From positions 4,524 through 68,523 of the forward strand of contig CANMJA010000019.1 of the NCBI GenBank assembly GCA_947498055.1: a stretch of DNA of 64,000 nucleotides, read 5' to 3'. The translations under genes were made by a program, and so were the position numbers. This DNA comes from an uncultured Tenacibaculum sp. (GTDB lineage Bacteria > Bacteroidota > Bacteroidia > Flavobacteriales > Flavobacteriaceae). Within the stretch, counting starts at the first letter, position 1. Every line of letters begins with the position of its first letter. Below are positions 38,980 through 49,759 of this stretch, one piece after another. The notes under the pieces were generated by a model. The model saw only the letters and a list, made by a program, of their open reading frames with translations. It did no database searches and was not told where the DNA came from.

Positions 38980-39749
38980 TCTTCTTTTAAAGAAGATACT
39001 TTAATATAATCAATAATAAACTCTTGCGGAAATATTGTGTCATCTACTTTAGGACCTCCAAAATTACCACCAATAGCCATATTTAAAATTAAATAAAAGG
39101 GCTTGTTATAAGGCCAATTTTTTATATTTTTTTTCTTTGGTGAATAGGTATATACTTTTTTAGTATCTATATAAAAAATAATAGCTTCTTTAGTCCATTT
39201 CATTTTATAGACATGAAACCCATTTTCAATAGAATTAATAATTGTTTTTTTAGAATAAATCGTATTTCCATAACTAGCAGCATTATGTATAGAGGTGTAA
39301 ATTTTATGAGGTTCTCGTCCTACATATTCCATCATATCGATTTCTCCGCAAGACGGCCAAGTATTTGTATCTATATCATTTCCTAGCATCCATATTGCTG
39401 GCCATAAGCCGTATCCTTTTGGAAGTTTTGCTTTCACCTCAACAATCCCATACATAAATTCGAATTTTTCTTTTGTATGTATTTTTCCAGAAAAATATAA
39501 AGTGTCTTTTTTAGAAGCTTTTATTACTAATTTTCCATTTTTTATACTGATGTTCTCTTTAGTATAAAGTTGTCTTTCCTTATTTCCCCATCCACAAAGG
39601 TTTGGACATCCATTTTCTAGATCATAATTCCAAATATCCGTATTCAATGTATTAGAAGTAAAATCTTCAAATAACATAAATGTTTTTTCTTCTTCTTTAC
39701 ACCCAATAAACAAGAAACAACTCACTGTTATTATTTTAAAATATTTCAT
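38976..39749 (-). CDS. GH16 beta-1,3-glucanase (laminarinase-like) lipoprotein
   Basis: WPAIWMLG and GEIDMME catalytic motif; lipobox FIGC. Confidence 0.9.
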   Translation of the reverse strand: MKYFKIITVSCFLFIGCKEEEKTFMLFEDFTSNTLNTDIWNYDLENGCPNLCGWGNKERQLYTKENISIKNGKLVIKASKKDTLYFSGKIHTKEKFEFMYGIVEVKAKLPKGYGLWPAIWMLGNDIDTNTWPSCGEIDMMEYVGREPHKIYTSIHNAASYGNTIYSKKTIINSIENGFHVYKMKWTKEAIIFYIDTKKVYTYSPKKKNIKNWPYNKPFYLILNMAIGGNFGGPKVDDTIFPQEFIIDYIKVSSLKED

Positions 39750-39764
39750 CTTTTTTTTATCATT

Positions 39765-39802
39765 AAAAAAGAGACTAATAACATTGCGTTATTAGCCTCT
39801 TT
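39765..39802 (-). terminator. Intrinsic terminator after the 39828-41477 gene
   Basis: On the minus strand AAAGAGGCTAATAAC-GCAAT-GTTATTAGTCTCTTT, followed by a U-run. Confidence 0.6.
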
Positions 39803-39827
39803 ACTTCAATACTAATAATCCCTACTA

Positions 39828-41477
39828 TTATTGATATATTTTTACATAATCTATTTCCATTGTAGATTCAGAAAAACCAGCATCTATGGCACCTCCTAAT
39901 GTTCCTCCCATTGCTACATTTAGTAATAAGAAAAAATCTTCGTTAAAAGGCAATATCGCTGAATTTGCTAACTTATAATATTCTACATTATCTAAATAAA
40001 TGGTAATAAACTCCTCTGTCCATTCCATGGTATATGTATGAAATTCTGAAGCTACATTAGCAACTGAAGTAGTTAACCCATAATCTGCTTTCGCCCCTCT
40101 TGCAGCATCAAACCAATGACAAGTAGCTAAAACAGTATTTTTATCTGCTCCCGTTTGCTCCATAATATCAATTTCACCCGTTTGTGGCCATCCTACTACA
40201 GGAAAATTTTCACCTAGCATCCAAATCGCTGGCCATGTACCTGCTTCTCCTGGTAATTTTGCTCTTACCTCTACTCTACCATATTTAAAATTATATAAGC
40301 CTTGTGTTTTTAATCGAGCAGAAGTATAGGCACTTCCCATAAAATCTTCTTTTTGGGCTGTTATTATTAGATTTCCATTATCTACCACTACATTTTCGGG
40401 TCTATCGGTATAATACTGTACTTCATTATTTCCCCAACCATTAGTTCCCGTACCAATATCGTATGTCCATTTTGTGGGATCTGGAGTACCATTAGTTAAA
40501 AAATCATCTTCCCAAACCAAATTATTAAAGATATAAGAAGTTCCGCCTACTTGAGGCTCCTCTGAAGTTAGGGTAAACCACCAATCAAATTCATTATTTC
40601 CATCGGTAATTTTTAACACTAATTCATTGTCTTTTTGCCTATCTACTATTTGATAAGTATGGTTTGCTACATAATACCCTATAAATCCAACACCAGAAAG
40701 CGTTAAGGTTTCTATGCCTTGCGGAGCAGTTAAAGTCCAGTTCTCAACATAATCATTAAACATATAATTTAGTACATCTGCGTTATCAATAGCACCGCCA
40801 GAACCTCCAAAAGCAGCTAATTCATCAATTAATCCATTTCTACCAAAAATAGTTCCTCCTGTAGCATGCTCAATAGTTCCATCTGATTTAAAAGTAATAC
40901 GATCATCGTACATTCCAACTCCATTTTTATCATTTGCAGGTGCACTAAAAAACTCTCCAAAAGTAGTTCCACCAACTGGTCCTAATCCGAAATGTTTATC
41001 TGATTCTGATTTTATTCTCCATGTTTTAGAGATAGTAGCTGTAGCATTATTAGGATCGAAACCAAATAATTTTGTTTTTAAATCATCTGGTGCTGTATAT
41101 AGAGCTAAAACATCTACTTGTACTGTTTTACTCGAAGAAACTCCACCAGTACCATATGCTATAACTGTTATAGTATATCTGTTTACTCCTAAAGAACTAA
41201 AATTATATGTTTTTCTTCCTGTTACTTCTGTAGATTCTGTACCTTCATAAACAAATTTATACGAAAGTGTATTATCTGCTGTAGCAGTAAAGTGTACCAT
41301 TCCGCTTCCATCTCCATTAGGATTCGCAGCATCTTTACCCACTATATCTGCTGTAATTTCAATATTAGAAGGAGCTATAATTGCTCCAAATTCTTCATTA
41401 TTTTCTTCGCAGCTATTCAGCATAAATAGCATTAAAATAATTCCTGTTATTTTTAATATATATATTTTAAATTTCAT
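39828..41477 (-). CDS. GH16 laminarinase lipoprotein with an N-terminal PKD-like domain
   Basis: Lipobox LNSC; WPAIWMLG..GEIDIME. Confidence 0.9.
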   Translation of the reverse strand: MKFKIYILKITGIILMLFMLNSCEENNEEFGAIIAPSNIEITADIVGKDAANPNGDGSGMVHFTATADNTLSYKFVYEGTESTEVTGRKTYNFSSLGVNRYTITVIAYGTGGVSSSKTVQVDVLALYTAPDDLKTKLFGFDPNNATATISKTWRIKSESDKHFGLGPVGGTTFGEFFSAPANDKNGVGMYDDRITFKSDGTIEHATGGTIFGRNGLIDELAAFGGSGGAIDNADVLNYMFNDYVENWTLTAPQGIETLTLSGVGFIGYYVANHTYQIVDRQKDNELVLKITDGNNEFDWWFTLTSEEPQVGGTSYIFNNLVWEDDFLTNGTPDPTKWTYDIGTGTNGWGNNEVQYYTDRPENVVVDNGNLIITAQKEDFMGSAYTSARLKTQGLYNFKYGRVEVRAKLPGEAGTWPAIWMLGENFPVVGWPQTGEIDIMEQTGADKNTVLATCHWFDAARGAKADYGLTTSVANVASEFHTYTMEWTEEFITIYLDNVEYYKLANSAILPFNEDFFLLLNVAMGGTLGGAIDAGFSESTMEIDYVKIYQ

Positions 41478-41501
41478 CTCTTAAGTATTTAATTGTAACA
41501 A

Positions 41502-43550
41502 TTAATTTGTTAATGTAAATTCATCAAAATAATATGAACTATCATCTCCTGCATTTCCGAAATCAAAGAAGACTACCACTTTAACATAATCGGCGGTTGG
41601 TGCTCCGCTAAAATCATACACTAACTCTTCCCAACTATTTTCTACTGCAGTAGTAAGATCGATTTCGTGTGTAATACTTGCATCTTGATTCTCTAGTTTT
41701 AGTTTTACAACTATTCCTTGTTTTGGAGACCATGTTTTCATACTTATTTTTGAAAAACTATTTAAATCTAGTGCTGCGTTTACTTCGAAAAATGCACCTG
41801 CCCATGTTTCTGAACCGCTTGTTTTTATCATTTTAGCCACATTAAAAGTTGTATTTCCTCCTGTTTTATCTGGATTTTCAACTCCAATGATACCTGCTAT
41901 ATTTCCAAAAGAAGTAAATGCTGGTACTGTTCCTTCAAAATCTTGAAAAATCATTGATAAAGGTGGTTCTGAAACATCAGTTACCAAAGTAATATCATCA
42001 TAATAATACTCTGAGTCGTCTCCTACATTGCCAAAATCGAAAAAGATTACCACTTTAACATAATCGGCAGCTGGAGCACCACTAAAATCATAGATTAATT
42101 CTTCCCATTTATTTGCTAATGTTGTATTTACATCTATCTCATGAGTAATACTTGCATCTTGATTTTCTAGTTTTAATTTTACTACTGCTCCTTGTTTTGG
42201 AGACCATGTTTTTACACTTATTTTTGAAAAATTATTTAAATCTAATGCTGGTGATACTTCAAAAAACGCACCTGCCCATACTTCTGCTCCAGCACTTTTA
42301 GTTAATCTTGTTACTTTGGTACTTGTGTTTACACCAGACATATCTGGATTTGAAATTACTTCTGCTCCTGCACCTCCAAAACTCGTAAGTACTGGTGCTA
42401 CTCCTTCAAAATCTTGAATTAATTTATCTGTTATATTAGTTGCATCTTTCCAGAAATAAATATTATCTATAAAAACCGTTCCTACTGCCCAAGGAGTTCC
42501 TACAAATTTTAATTGTAAAATTTCATTAATCGTTAATCCCTGTGAGGTATAATCAGAAATAGGAATATCAATACTTGTCCACTCTCCAGCAGTTAAATCA
42601 CTATTCACAGGTTTCTCTGTTGTTTCCCCTATACTTGTGATATTAATTAAAGAAGTTTCTAAAGCAGTAACATCTTTGGTCCAAACATCTAAATGTAAAT
42701 ACTCCATACTAGAAACGTCTTGTGGTTCTCCTATTTGAATACCTTGATAACTTAATTTAATGTATTGAAGCATTTTATCTCCATTTAAATCAAACTCTGT
42801 CCAGCTACTACCTTCTCCTCCTTGTCCCCAATCTGGAAAAGTATCTGTTCCTGGGACATTCGCATATGCACTTCCGTAAATGGAAATTACATCTGTTTCT
42901 TCTCTAACTGGAGGCGTAGGTGCTGATGTTATAGGCTGTAAAATTTCTGCTACTATAAAACTTTCTGTATATTCTGTAATTGCAATAGCTGCACCTTTTG
43001 CTATTATTTTTACTTCATAAGTTCCTGCATTTGCATATTGGTAAGAAATAGGATCGCCTATATTAGCTGTTGCAACGGGTTGATCTACCCCTGTTTCTCC
43101 TGAGTAAAACTCATACATCGTTGCAAAATCTGCTGTAGCTGTTATATCTACTTGTTTGCTTATCGATTCATTATTCTTTAAAGTTACCATTACGTTTTCT
43201 GGTGCTTTAAAAGAAACTACTAATTCTTGCGTTGCTTCCGATTTTTCTCCTCCTATATTATAGGCTTGTATTTTTATAGTATAAGTACCTTCCGCATATA
43301 TATGTTCTATACTTTCTCCAACTTTTAATGCTATTGGTTCTGTTGTTGTATCCCCTAAAAACACTTCAAAATTAGTAGCTCCATCTGCTGTAGGCGTTAT
43401 AGTTACCAATCCTGAATTATCTTGTGCTATATTATACGTTGCAGCCACATTTTTAGGAGCTTCAATTTCATCTATAAAAGAAACATCTCTATTCTTTTCA
43501 CATCCACTAAAAATTACAATAGCTATTATTATTTTATATATATATTTCAT
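41502..43550 (-). CDS. PUL surface glycan-binding lipoprotein (PKD plus tandem carbohydrate-binding-like modules)
   Basis: Lipobox FSGC; position after susD; two near-identical C-terminal modules offset by 474 nt. Confidence 0.75.
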   Translation of the reverse strand: MKYIYKIIIAIVIFSGCEKNRDVSFIDEIEAPKNVAATYNIAQDNSGLVTITPTADGATNFEVFLGDTTTEPIALKVGESIEHIYAEGTYTIKIQAYNIGGEKSEATQELVVSFKAPENVMVTLKNNESISKQVDITATADFATMYEFYSGETGVDQPVATANIGDPISYQYANAGTYEVKIIAKGAAIAITEYTESFIVAEILQPITSAPTPPVREETDVISIYGSAYANVPGTDTFPDWGQGGEGSSWTEFDLNGDKMLQYIKLSYQGIQIGEPQDVSSMEYLHLDVWTKDVTALETSLINITSIGETTEKPVNSDLTAGEWTSIDIPISDYTSQGLTINEILQLKFVGTPWAVGTVFIDNIYFWKDATNITDKLIQDFEGVAPVLTSFGGAGAEVISNPDMSGVNTSTKVTRLTKSAGAEVWAGAFFEVSPALDLNNFSKISVKTWSPKQGAVVKLKLENQDASITHEIDVNTTLANKWEELIYDFSGAPAADYVKVVIFFDFGNVGDDSEYYYDDITLVTDVSEPPLSMIFQDFEGTVPAFTSFGNIAGIIGVENPDKTGGNTTFNVAKMIKTSGSETWAGAFFEVNAALDLNSFSKISMKTWSPKQGIVVKLKLENQDASITHEIDLTTAVENSWEELVYDFSGAPTADYVKVVVFFDFGNAGDDSSYYFDEFTLTN

Positions 43551-43564
43551 CTTCTTAGTTTTTA

Positions 43565-45037
43565 TTAATAATTAGGATTTTGTTTCCATCTATTACCCGT
43601 TAATTCTATTTCTATTCTTGGCAATGGAAATAAATTATTTTTTGATGGTGTATATCCTGGAATTGTAGTCGTTTCTCCAGTTCTTACTTGATCGAAAAAA
43701 CGATGTCCTTCTCCTGCTAATTCTAATCTTCTTTCTTTAAAAATAGCACCTGTTAAAGTAGCTCCAGAAGAGGTAATATCAAGACTTGTGTCACTAACAT
43801 TAAAAGCTCTCCTTCTTACTAAATTCAAATAATTTCTAGCAGTAGCATCATTAATGCCTCCTCTATTATAAGCTTCTGCTGCCATTAGCAAAACATCTGC
43901 ATATCTTATTGCTCTGTAATTATTACTATGTGTTAAATTAACATCTGATGCATTACCTTCTGCATATGGAATGTATTTTAAATTATAGAAACCATTATGA
44001 TCATGACCTTGCGAAAAAGTAACATCTGGGTTTGCAGATACAAAAGTGTTCATATCTAAAAAAGTAGCTGCTTTTCTGGTGTCACCTACTTCAAAAGCAT
44101 TTACAATAGCTAACGTAGGAATATTAAAACTAAATCCACTTGTATAAGGTGCATGATTTCCTCCAGTAAATCGTGGTCCAATAAAACCTACTGCTATATT
44201 TCCTTCTACACATACAAAACAATCAAAACTACCTCCTTCTTGTCCAAAATATTGAACTTCAAAAACAGATTCTGAATTATTCTCATTCTGATTTAAAAAA
44301 ATGGATGAAAAATCTGACACTAAGCTATATTGACCTGAGTTAATTACCTTATCTAAAGTTTGACTTGCTTGGGCAAATTTTTCTTGATATAAATAAATTT
44401 TTCCTAAAAGTGCCAATGCCGCTCCTTTAGTTGCTCTTCCCGATTGAGACTGCTGCCAAGGTAATACTGCAACAACTTCTAATAAATCTTTTTCTAACTG
44501 TTCATATATTTGAGTGGTTGTAGATTTATTAATGGACTGAGATTCTGCTAACGTGATACGTTTGTCTAAATACATTGGTACCTCTCCAAAAAATTTCACC
44601 AATTCAAAGTAGTAATAACTTCTTAAAAATTTTGTCTCTGCTATTACTTGAGGCTTTCTGTCGAAGTTTGTTTTATCTTTAAATTCTAAAATATAATTAG
44701 CTCTACTTATCCCTGCATACATCCACTGAAAAATATTTCTTAACGCACCATTATCTGGGTTATGCGTCATATCGTCTATTTGTTGCCAATCTAAAACATC
44801 GGTAGCATTTTCACCTCCGCATAAGCTATTATCTGAAGCTATTTCCCCTAAGATATTATTTAAATATGTGGTAGAAAGTAAATCGTACACACCTACTAAT
44901 GCATTTTCGTAATCGTCGGCAGAATTAAAAAAGTTTTCTGTATTTTCTTGTCCTTTAGGTAATATTTCTAAGTAGTCATCACAACCAAATATTGCAAAAA
45001 ACAACACTATAACTATTAATTTTATTTTTGTTTTCAT
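43565..45037 (-). CDS. susD: SusD/RagB family nutrient-uptake lipoprotein
   Basis: Lipobox IFGC; RYADVLLMAAEA and ERRLELAGEGHRFFD motifs. Confidence 0.92.
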   Translation of the reverse strand: MKTKIKLIVIVLFFAIFGCDDYLEILPKGQENTENFFNSADDYENALVGVYDLLSTTYLNNILGEIASDNSLCGGENATDVLDWQQIDDMTHNPDNGALRNIFQWMYAGISRANYILEFKDKTNFDRKPQVIAETKFLRSYYYFELVKFFGEVPMYLDKRITLAESQSINKSTTTQIYEQLEKDLLEVVAVLPWQQSQSGRATKGAALALLGKIYLYQEKFAQASQTLDKVINSGQYSLVSDFSSIFLNQNENNSESVFEVQYFGQEGGSFDCFVCVEGNIAVGFIGPRFTGGNHAPYTSGFSFNIPTLAIVNAFEVGDTRKAATFLDMNTFVSANPDVTFSQGHDHNGFYNLKYIPYAEGNASDVNLTHSNNYRAIRYADVLLMAAEAYNRGGINDATARNYLNLVRRRAFNVSDTSLDITSSGATLTGAIFKERRLELAGEGHRFFDQVRTGETTTIPGYTPSKNNLFPLPRIEIELTGNRWKQNPNY

Positions 45038-45048
45038 AATTATTTTAA

Positions 45049-48000
45049 TTAAAATGACACTTTGATTCCTGTAATAAACATTCTTGCTTGTGGATATTGT
45101 CCTAAATCTACTCCTGCTCCTATTGGGCTTGCATTTGTTATATCTGGATCATACCCTCTGTACTTTGTAAAAGTGAATACATTATTAGCTGCCAAATAAA
45201 TTCTTAGTTTATTGATTCCTTTAATTTGTGTATCGTTTAAAGTATATCCTAATTGTATATTTTGAATTCTGAGGAAAGAACCATCTTCCACATAAAAAGA
45301 AGAAAATAATTGATTATTTGCAGCATTTGTAGAGGCTCTTGGTATTTCATTCGACGTTCCTGGGCCTGTCCATCTACCATTATACAAAGACAGTTTATTA
45401 CTGTACGTTATAAATCGTTCGTACCCTCTTACAATTTCATTTCCTATAGAAGCATAAAAAGAAGCTCCAAAGTCGAAGTTATACACCTTCAAATTAAAAC
45501 CTCCACCCATGGTAAAATCTGGAATTGGATTTCCTATGGAAGTTAAATCATTATCGCTACCAAATTCTATATACCCATTTCCATCAACATCTACATATTT
45601 TAAATCTCCAGGCGCTGCTCCTATTTGATATTCATCTAATGAACCATTTCCATCTCTATCTACTGCCAAAGCATCTATTTCTGCTTGTGACTGAAAAACA
45701 CCATCTGTTTTTAATCCGTAAAATACTCCTAAAGGCAACCCTGCTTGCATTCTTGAAGGCTGTTGATTTAAGTTAAATAATCCACCAGATATAAAACCTG
45801 CTTGATTATTTACTTCTATTACTTCGTTCTTTATGTTTGTTACATTATAATTTACATTTAAAGACACATTTTCTGAAAATTCATGTGTGTAATTTATATC
45901 AAATTCGAATCCTTTATTTTCAACAGTTCCTGCATTTACAACTGGTGCTTGTCCGCCTCCTGCAGAAGCTCCTAAGAGTGCAGATACTTCTGGTACAATT
46001 AATAAATCTTCTGTACGCTTATTAAAATAATCGAAAGTTACATTCAAATTATTATCGAAAAAACCAAGATCAAAACCTATGTTTGCTTGTGTATTTGTTT
46101 CCCATTGCAGGTCTAAATTAGATAATGCTCCTACTGCATTTCCAAAAGATAATACATCTCCAAATGGGTAGGTTGCTTCTCTATTAGTTCCTTGTAAAGC
46201 TCCTATCCATCTATAAGACCCTATTTTATCATTACCCGTAATACCCCAGCTACCTCTAATTTTAAAATTAGAAATAATTGCACTGTTCATAAAGTCTTCG
46301 TTATGTATTACCCATGCTCCAGAAAATGAAGGAAAGTATCCCACTCTATTACTAGGTCCAAATCTGGTAGAAGCATCTCTTCGTAGCATCGCCGAAAATA
46401 TATACTTCTCTTTATAATCGTATTGTAATCTACCGAAAGTAGAAGCCCATCTATCTTCTACAGAAAAAGAGGTTGCATTAATGGTTTCCCTTATATCATT
46501 AGTACCTACATCGTCATCATCTATAATAAATGATTGTGTATTAAATAGAAATGCATTTTCCCAGGTATCATTTCCTAACAGAAAACCTGCTCCAAAAAGC
46601 CCTTTACTTTGTTCGCTTCTAACTGAAAGACCTAACAGTGATTGAAAATTATGATCATCTCCTATATTAAAATCATAATTAATAAAGTTTTCAAAAGTAA
46701 AGTCGAAAAAGTTTTGCGTGCTTTCGTTTACCCTACTATATACATCTCTATCTCCGTCGTTATTTCTATCTAAATCAAAAAGTCCAGTTAAAGGATTCAA
46801 TTGTACCGTATTCACAACTTTATTTTGCCCATAATAAGCTAATGGAGAATAAGTTCTACCAATTACATCTGAATAATTAAAATTAAATCTAGAAGTTAAT
46901 TTCAGTCTTTCTAAAAGATCATATTCTAACTCTATTTTTCCTGTAAATCTATTTACTTTAGTTTTATTATGTGTATTATGTATTACGGCAAACGGATTTA
47001 CAATTTCATTTCCTTGCTCTGTTCCTAAATAAATAAATCCTCTTGAAGGACTAGTTCTACCCGTTCCATCTGATATAGATGTTAATGGAGAAGCATTGGT
47101 AGCGTAATATAATATAGAGCCTCTATTTCCTTCTGGAATTGCCCTTCTTACATTATTTGTGTATAACAGTAAAGTGTTTAATTTTAATTTATTGGTTAGG
47201 TTTACTCCTAAATTACTTTTAACAGTCCACCTAGTATAATTAGATTTATTAGGAGCTATAATTCCTTTCTGATCTAAAATACTACCACTAATATTAAAAT
47301 TATAATTTTCTCCTCCTCCAGAAGCACCAACATGGTGTGTTATCATTGGAGAAGTTTCAAACAATTCGTTTTGCCAATCTGTATTTGCAGTAATATTTCC
47401 TAGCTGAAAAGGAATTGTTCCGCCATCTGCGGCTACTGTTTCATTTACCAAAGCGGCATATTCAAGACCTCCAAGTAAATTTAATTTTTTAGAGGTTTCT
47501 TGTAGCGTTAAAGAAGAACTATAAGTAAACTGTGTTTTTGATTTTACACTCCCAGATTTGGTAGTTATTAAAATAATTCCGTTAGCACCTTGTACCCCAT
47601 AAATTGCTGTACTTGCATCTTTTATAATGTCAATTTTTTCAATATCGTTCGGATCTATAATACTTAAATCTGTTCCTATCTGAATACCATCTACAATAAC
47701 CAAAGGAGAGTTATCTCCATTAGTAGTTGTTCCTCGTATTCGTATATTAAATGCAGATCCTGGTGAACCAGAATTAGAAGATACTTGAACTCCTGCACTT
47801 CTTCCTTGTAAAGCTTGTTCTAATCTTACTGGATTATTTTTTTCAATATCTTTAACCTCTAAACTAGAATAGGAACCAGAGACTAATTCTCTACGCTTTT
47901 CGCCATATCCAATAATTACAATTTCATTTAAAAAACTTAACTCTGTGTCTTGCTCTAATTCTACATCTATAATAGAACTGGTTATTATTACATTTTTAGT

Positions 48001-48231
48001 AATATAGCCAACATAACTAATTTGTACTATTTTACCTATGCTTGCTTTAATGGCATAAGTTCCATCAAAGTCTGTTTCTGAAATAACAGAAGTTCCTTTA
48101 AGTAAAATAAAAGCGCCAGGAATAGGCTCTCTAGTTTCTTTGTCTAAAACCCTACCCTTGACTTCTATTTCTTGGGTATTGGCTACAAATAAAATGAATA
48201 ACAAATTAAATAGTGTAAGTAGTTTTCTCAT
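45049..48231 (-). CDS. susC: SusC-like TonB-dependent transporter
   Basis: IVIIGYG, LQGRSAGV, IRIRG, IKDASTAIYGVQGANGIILITTK plug motif; C-terminal YPQAR...GIKVSF. Confidence 0.95.
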   Translation of the reverse strand: MRKLLTLFNLLFILFVANTQEIEVKGRVLDKETREPIPGAFILLKGTSVISETDFDGTYAIKASIGKIVQISYVGYITKNVIITSSIIDVELEQDTELSFLNEIVIIGYGEKRRELVSGSYSSLEVKDIEKNNPVRLEQALQGRSAGVQVSSNSGSPGSAFNIRIRGTTTNGDNSPLVIVDGIQIGTDLSIIDPNDIEKIDIIKDASTAIYGVQGANGIILITTKSGSVKSKTQFTYSSSLTLQETSKKLNLLGGLEYAALVNETVAADGGTIPFQLGNITANTDWQNELFETSPMITHHVGASGGGENYNFNISGSILDQKGIIAPNKSNYTRWTVKSNLGVNLTNKLKLNTLLLYTNNVRRAIPEGNRGSILYYATNASPLTSISDGTGRTSPSRGFIYLGTEQGNEIVNPFAVIHNTHNKTKVNRFTGKIELEYDLLERLKLTSRFNFNYSDVIGRTYSPLAYYGQNKVVNTVQLNPLTGLFDLDRNNDGDRDVYSRVNESTQNFFDFTFENFINYDFNIGDDHNFQSLLGLSVRSEQSKGLFGAGFLLGNDTWENAFLFNTQSFIIDDDDVGTNDIRETINATSFSVEDRWASTFGRLQYDYKEKYIFSAMLRRDASTRFGPSNRVGYFPSFSGAWVIHNEDFMNSAIISNFKIRGSWGITGNDKIGSYRWIGALQGTNREATYPFGDVLSFGNAVGALSNLDLQWETNTQANIGFDLGFFDNNLNVTFDYFNKRTEDLLIVPEVSALLGASAGGGQAPVVNAGTVENKGFEFDINYTHEFSENVSLNVNYNVTNIKNEVIEVNNQAGFISGGLFNLNQQPSRMQAGLPLGVFYGLKTDGVFQSQAEIDALAVDRDGNGSLDEYQIGAAPGDLKYVDVDGNGYIEFGSDNDLTSIGNPIPDFTMGGGFNLKVYNFDFGASFYASIGNEIVRGYERFITYSNKLSLYNGRWTGPGTSNEIPRASTNAANNQLFSSFYVEDGSFLRIQNIQLGYTLNDTQIKGINKLRIYLAANNVFTFTKYRGYDPDITNASPIGAGVDLGQYPQARMFITGIKVSF

Positions 48232-48290
48232 ATAAGAACTATTTATTGATTTATAAATTAATAAGGTTCAGGGGAAAATAAGATCAAGAG

Positions 48291-48324
48291 ATAAATGACA
48301 TCCATTGCTTTAGATGTCATTTAT
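48291..48324. terminator. Stem-loop between the tonB-like gene and susC
   Basis: ATAAATGACATC-N10-GATGTCATTTAT, a perfect 12-bp stem. Confidence 0.55.
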
Positions 48325-48348
48325 TTTTATAAAATTTCAAGTGTTTTT

Positions 48349-49446
48349 TTAGTCTAATTGGAAATTTATTGGGATTGAATAAGAAGTATTAACATTCTTT
48401 CCTCCCTTTTTTCCTGGTTTAAGTGCTGGTAATTTTTCAATAAATCTTATAGCAGCTAGTTCTAGTATTTTTCCATTTTGAGGTCCTTTACTAGTAATAT
48501 TTATAATGTCTCCATCTTTATTTACTACAAAATTTACAACTACATTTCCTTCAATATTATTCACTTTTGCTTGTTCTGGATAGGCAAAATAATTTTGAAC
48601 GTGTTCTATTAAACTATTATTAAAGCAGCTAAGTGAGCTATCTTTTGATTTTCTACACGCATCAAATTGAGGTATTTGATCTAGAGAAGAAAAGCTATAT
48701 ATCATTTCTTTGATATCTGTCTTATTTGATGATTTTCGTACGTTGCTTGGTTTTACACCCGGAATTTTAAACGTTATTGGCATTCCATATTTAACAGCAA
48801 CTCTAGAACCTTTGTGTTCTCCAGCAGATAATTTTGGTAATTTTTTTATAATTCGTTCTGCTTCTTTTCCTAATATTTCTCCTTTGTAAGGGGAAATTAC
48901 TTTTAATTCGTCTACATTACCCTCTTTGTTTATCACAAAATGAACATATACTTTACCTTGTAGGCGCCTTTGGTAGGCACTTGATGGATATTTTAAGTTT
49001 CTTTTAATGTGATTTAAAACTTGTAATTTAAAACAATGTTCTTGACCTGCTATAGGAACAGATTGACATTTTTTAAAAAGAGGTATTTGATCTACATAAT
49101 CAAAAGGTAAAACATCTGGAAGTTCTTCTTTAGTAACATCTATAATATTATTTACTAAATCAACTTTCTTTTTAATAGTGTTTAATTTATGAGAATGATT
49201 GTTGGAAGCTAAGCCATTTGCTTTATTTCTTTTTCTAACAATTCTACTTCGTCTTCTTTTAGAAGTTATTTGAACAGTTACTTTTTGCTGTTTGTTATCT
49301 TTTGAGTTTTCGATAGAACATTTAGTAATGCTATTAAGATCAAAAACAGGATCGTCTACAGAGTTGTTACATGTTTTTTTAGACTGTGATTCAACATTTG
49401 CTATTATAAATAGCCACAGAAGCAATGACAATTTTAGTTTATTCAT
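48349..49446 (-). CDS. Energy transducer TonB-family protein with two TonB C-terminal domains
   Basis: Two YP..A....(L/I)(Q/E)G.V.V.FV(I/V)NK.G units, each ending P(I)(T/N)F. Confidence 0.85.
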   Translation of the reverse strand: MNKLKLSLLLWLFIIANVESQSKKTCNNSVDDPVFDLNSITKCSIENSKDNKQQKVTVQITSKRRRSRIVRKRNKANGLASNNHSHKLNTIKKKVDLVNNIIDVTKEELPDVLPFDYVDQIPLFKKCQSVPIAGQEHCFKLQVLNHIKRNLKYPSSAYQRRLQGKVYVHFVINKEGNVDELKVISPYKGEILGKEAERIIKKLPKLSAGEHKGSRVAVKYGMPITFKIPGVKPSNVRKSSNKTDIKEMIYSFSSLDQIPQFDACRKSKDSSLSCFNNSLIEHVQNYFAYPEQAKVNNIEGNVVVNFVVNKDGDIINITSKGPQNGKILELAAIRFIEKLPALKPGKKGGKNVNTSYSIPINFQLD

Positions 49447-49759
49447 ATTGGGGGGCTTTGATTAAAACTAATTGTTTCTTTATTTAATTAAAATAAAAAG
49501 AACTTATAAAAGATGTTTTAGTGAGAAACACCTTTATTTAGGGCTCACTAAGTTATTAATTATTAATTGATTATCCAAGAAAACAAATAAAAAACAGGTT
49601 GCTAATTTATATAAAATCTTTTTTCACTCTTTAAAAAGAGCTTTCAACTTTTTACTGTTTCGTAGTAAAATTACATTGTACAAGACTCATTTATGTTCTT
49701 ACTTTGGTTAATAAAAAGTGTTCATAAAAAAATGCAGCTATATTTTATTTCTATGTTTT

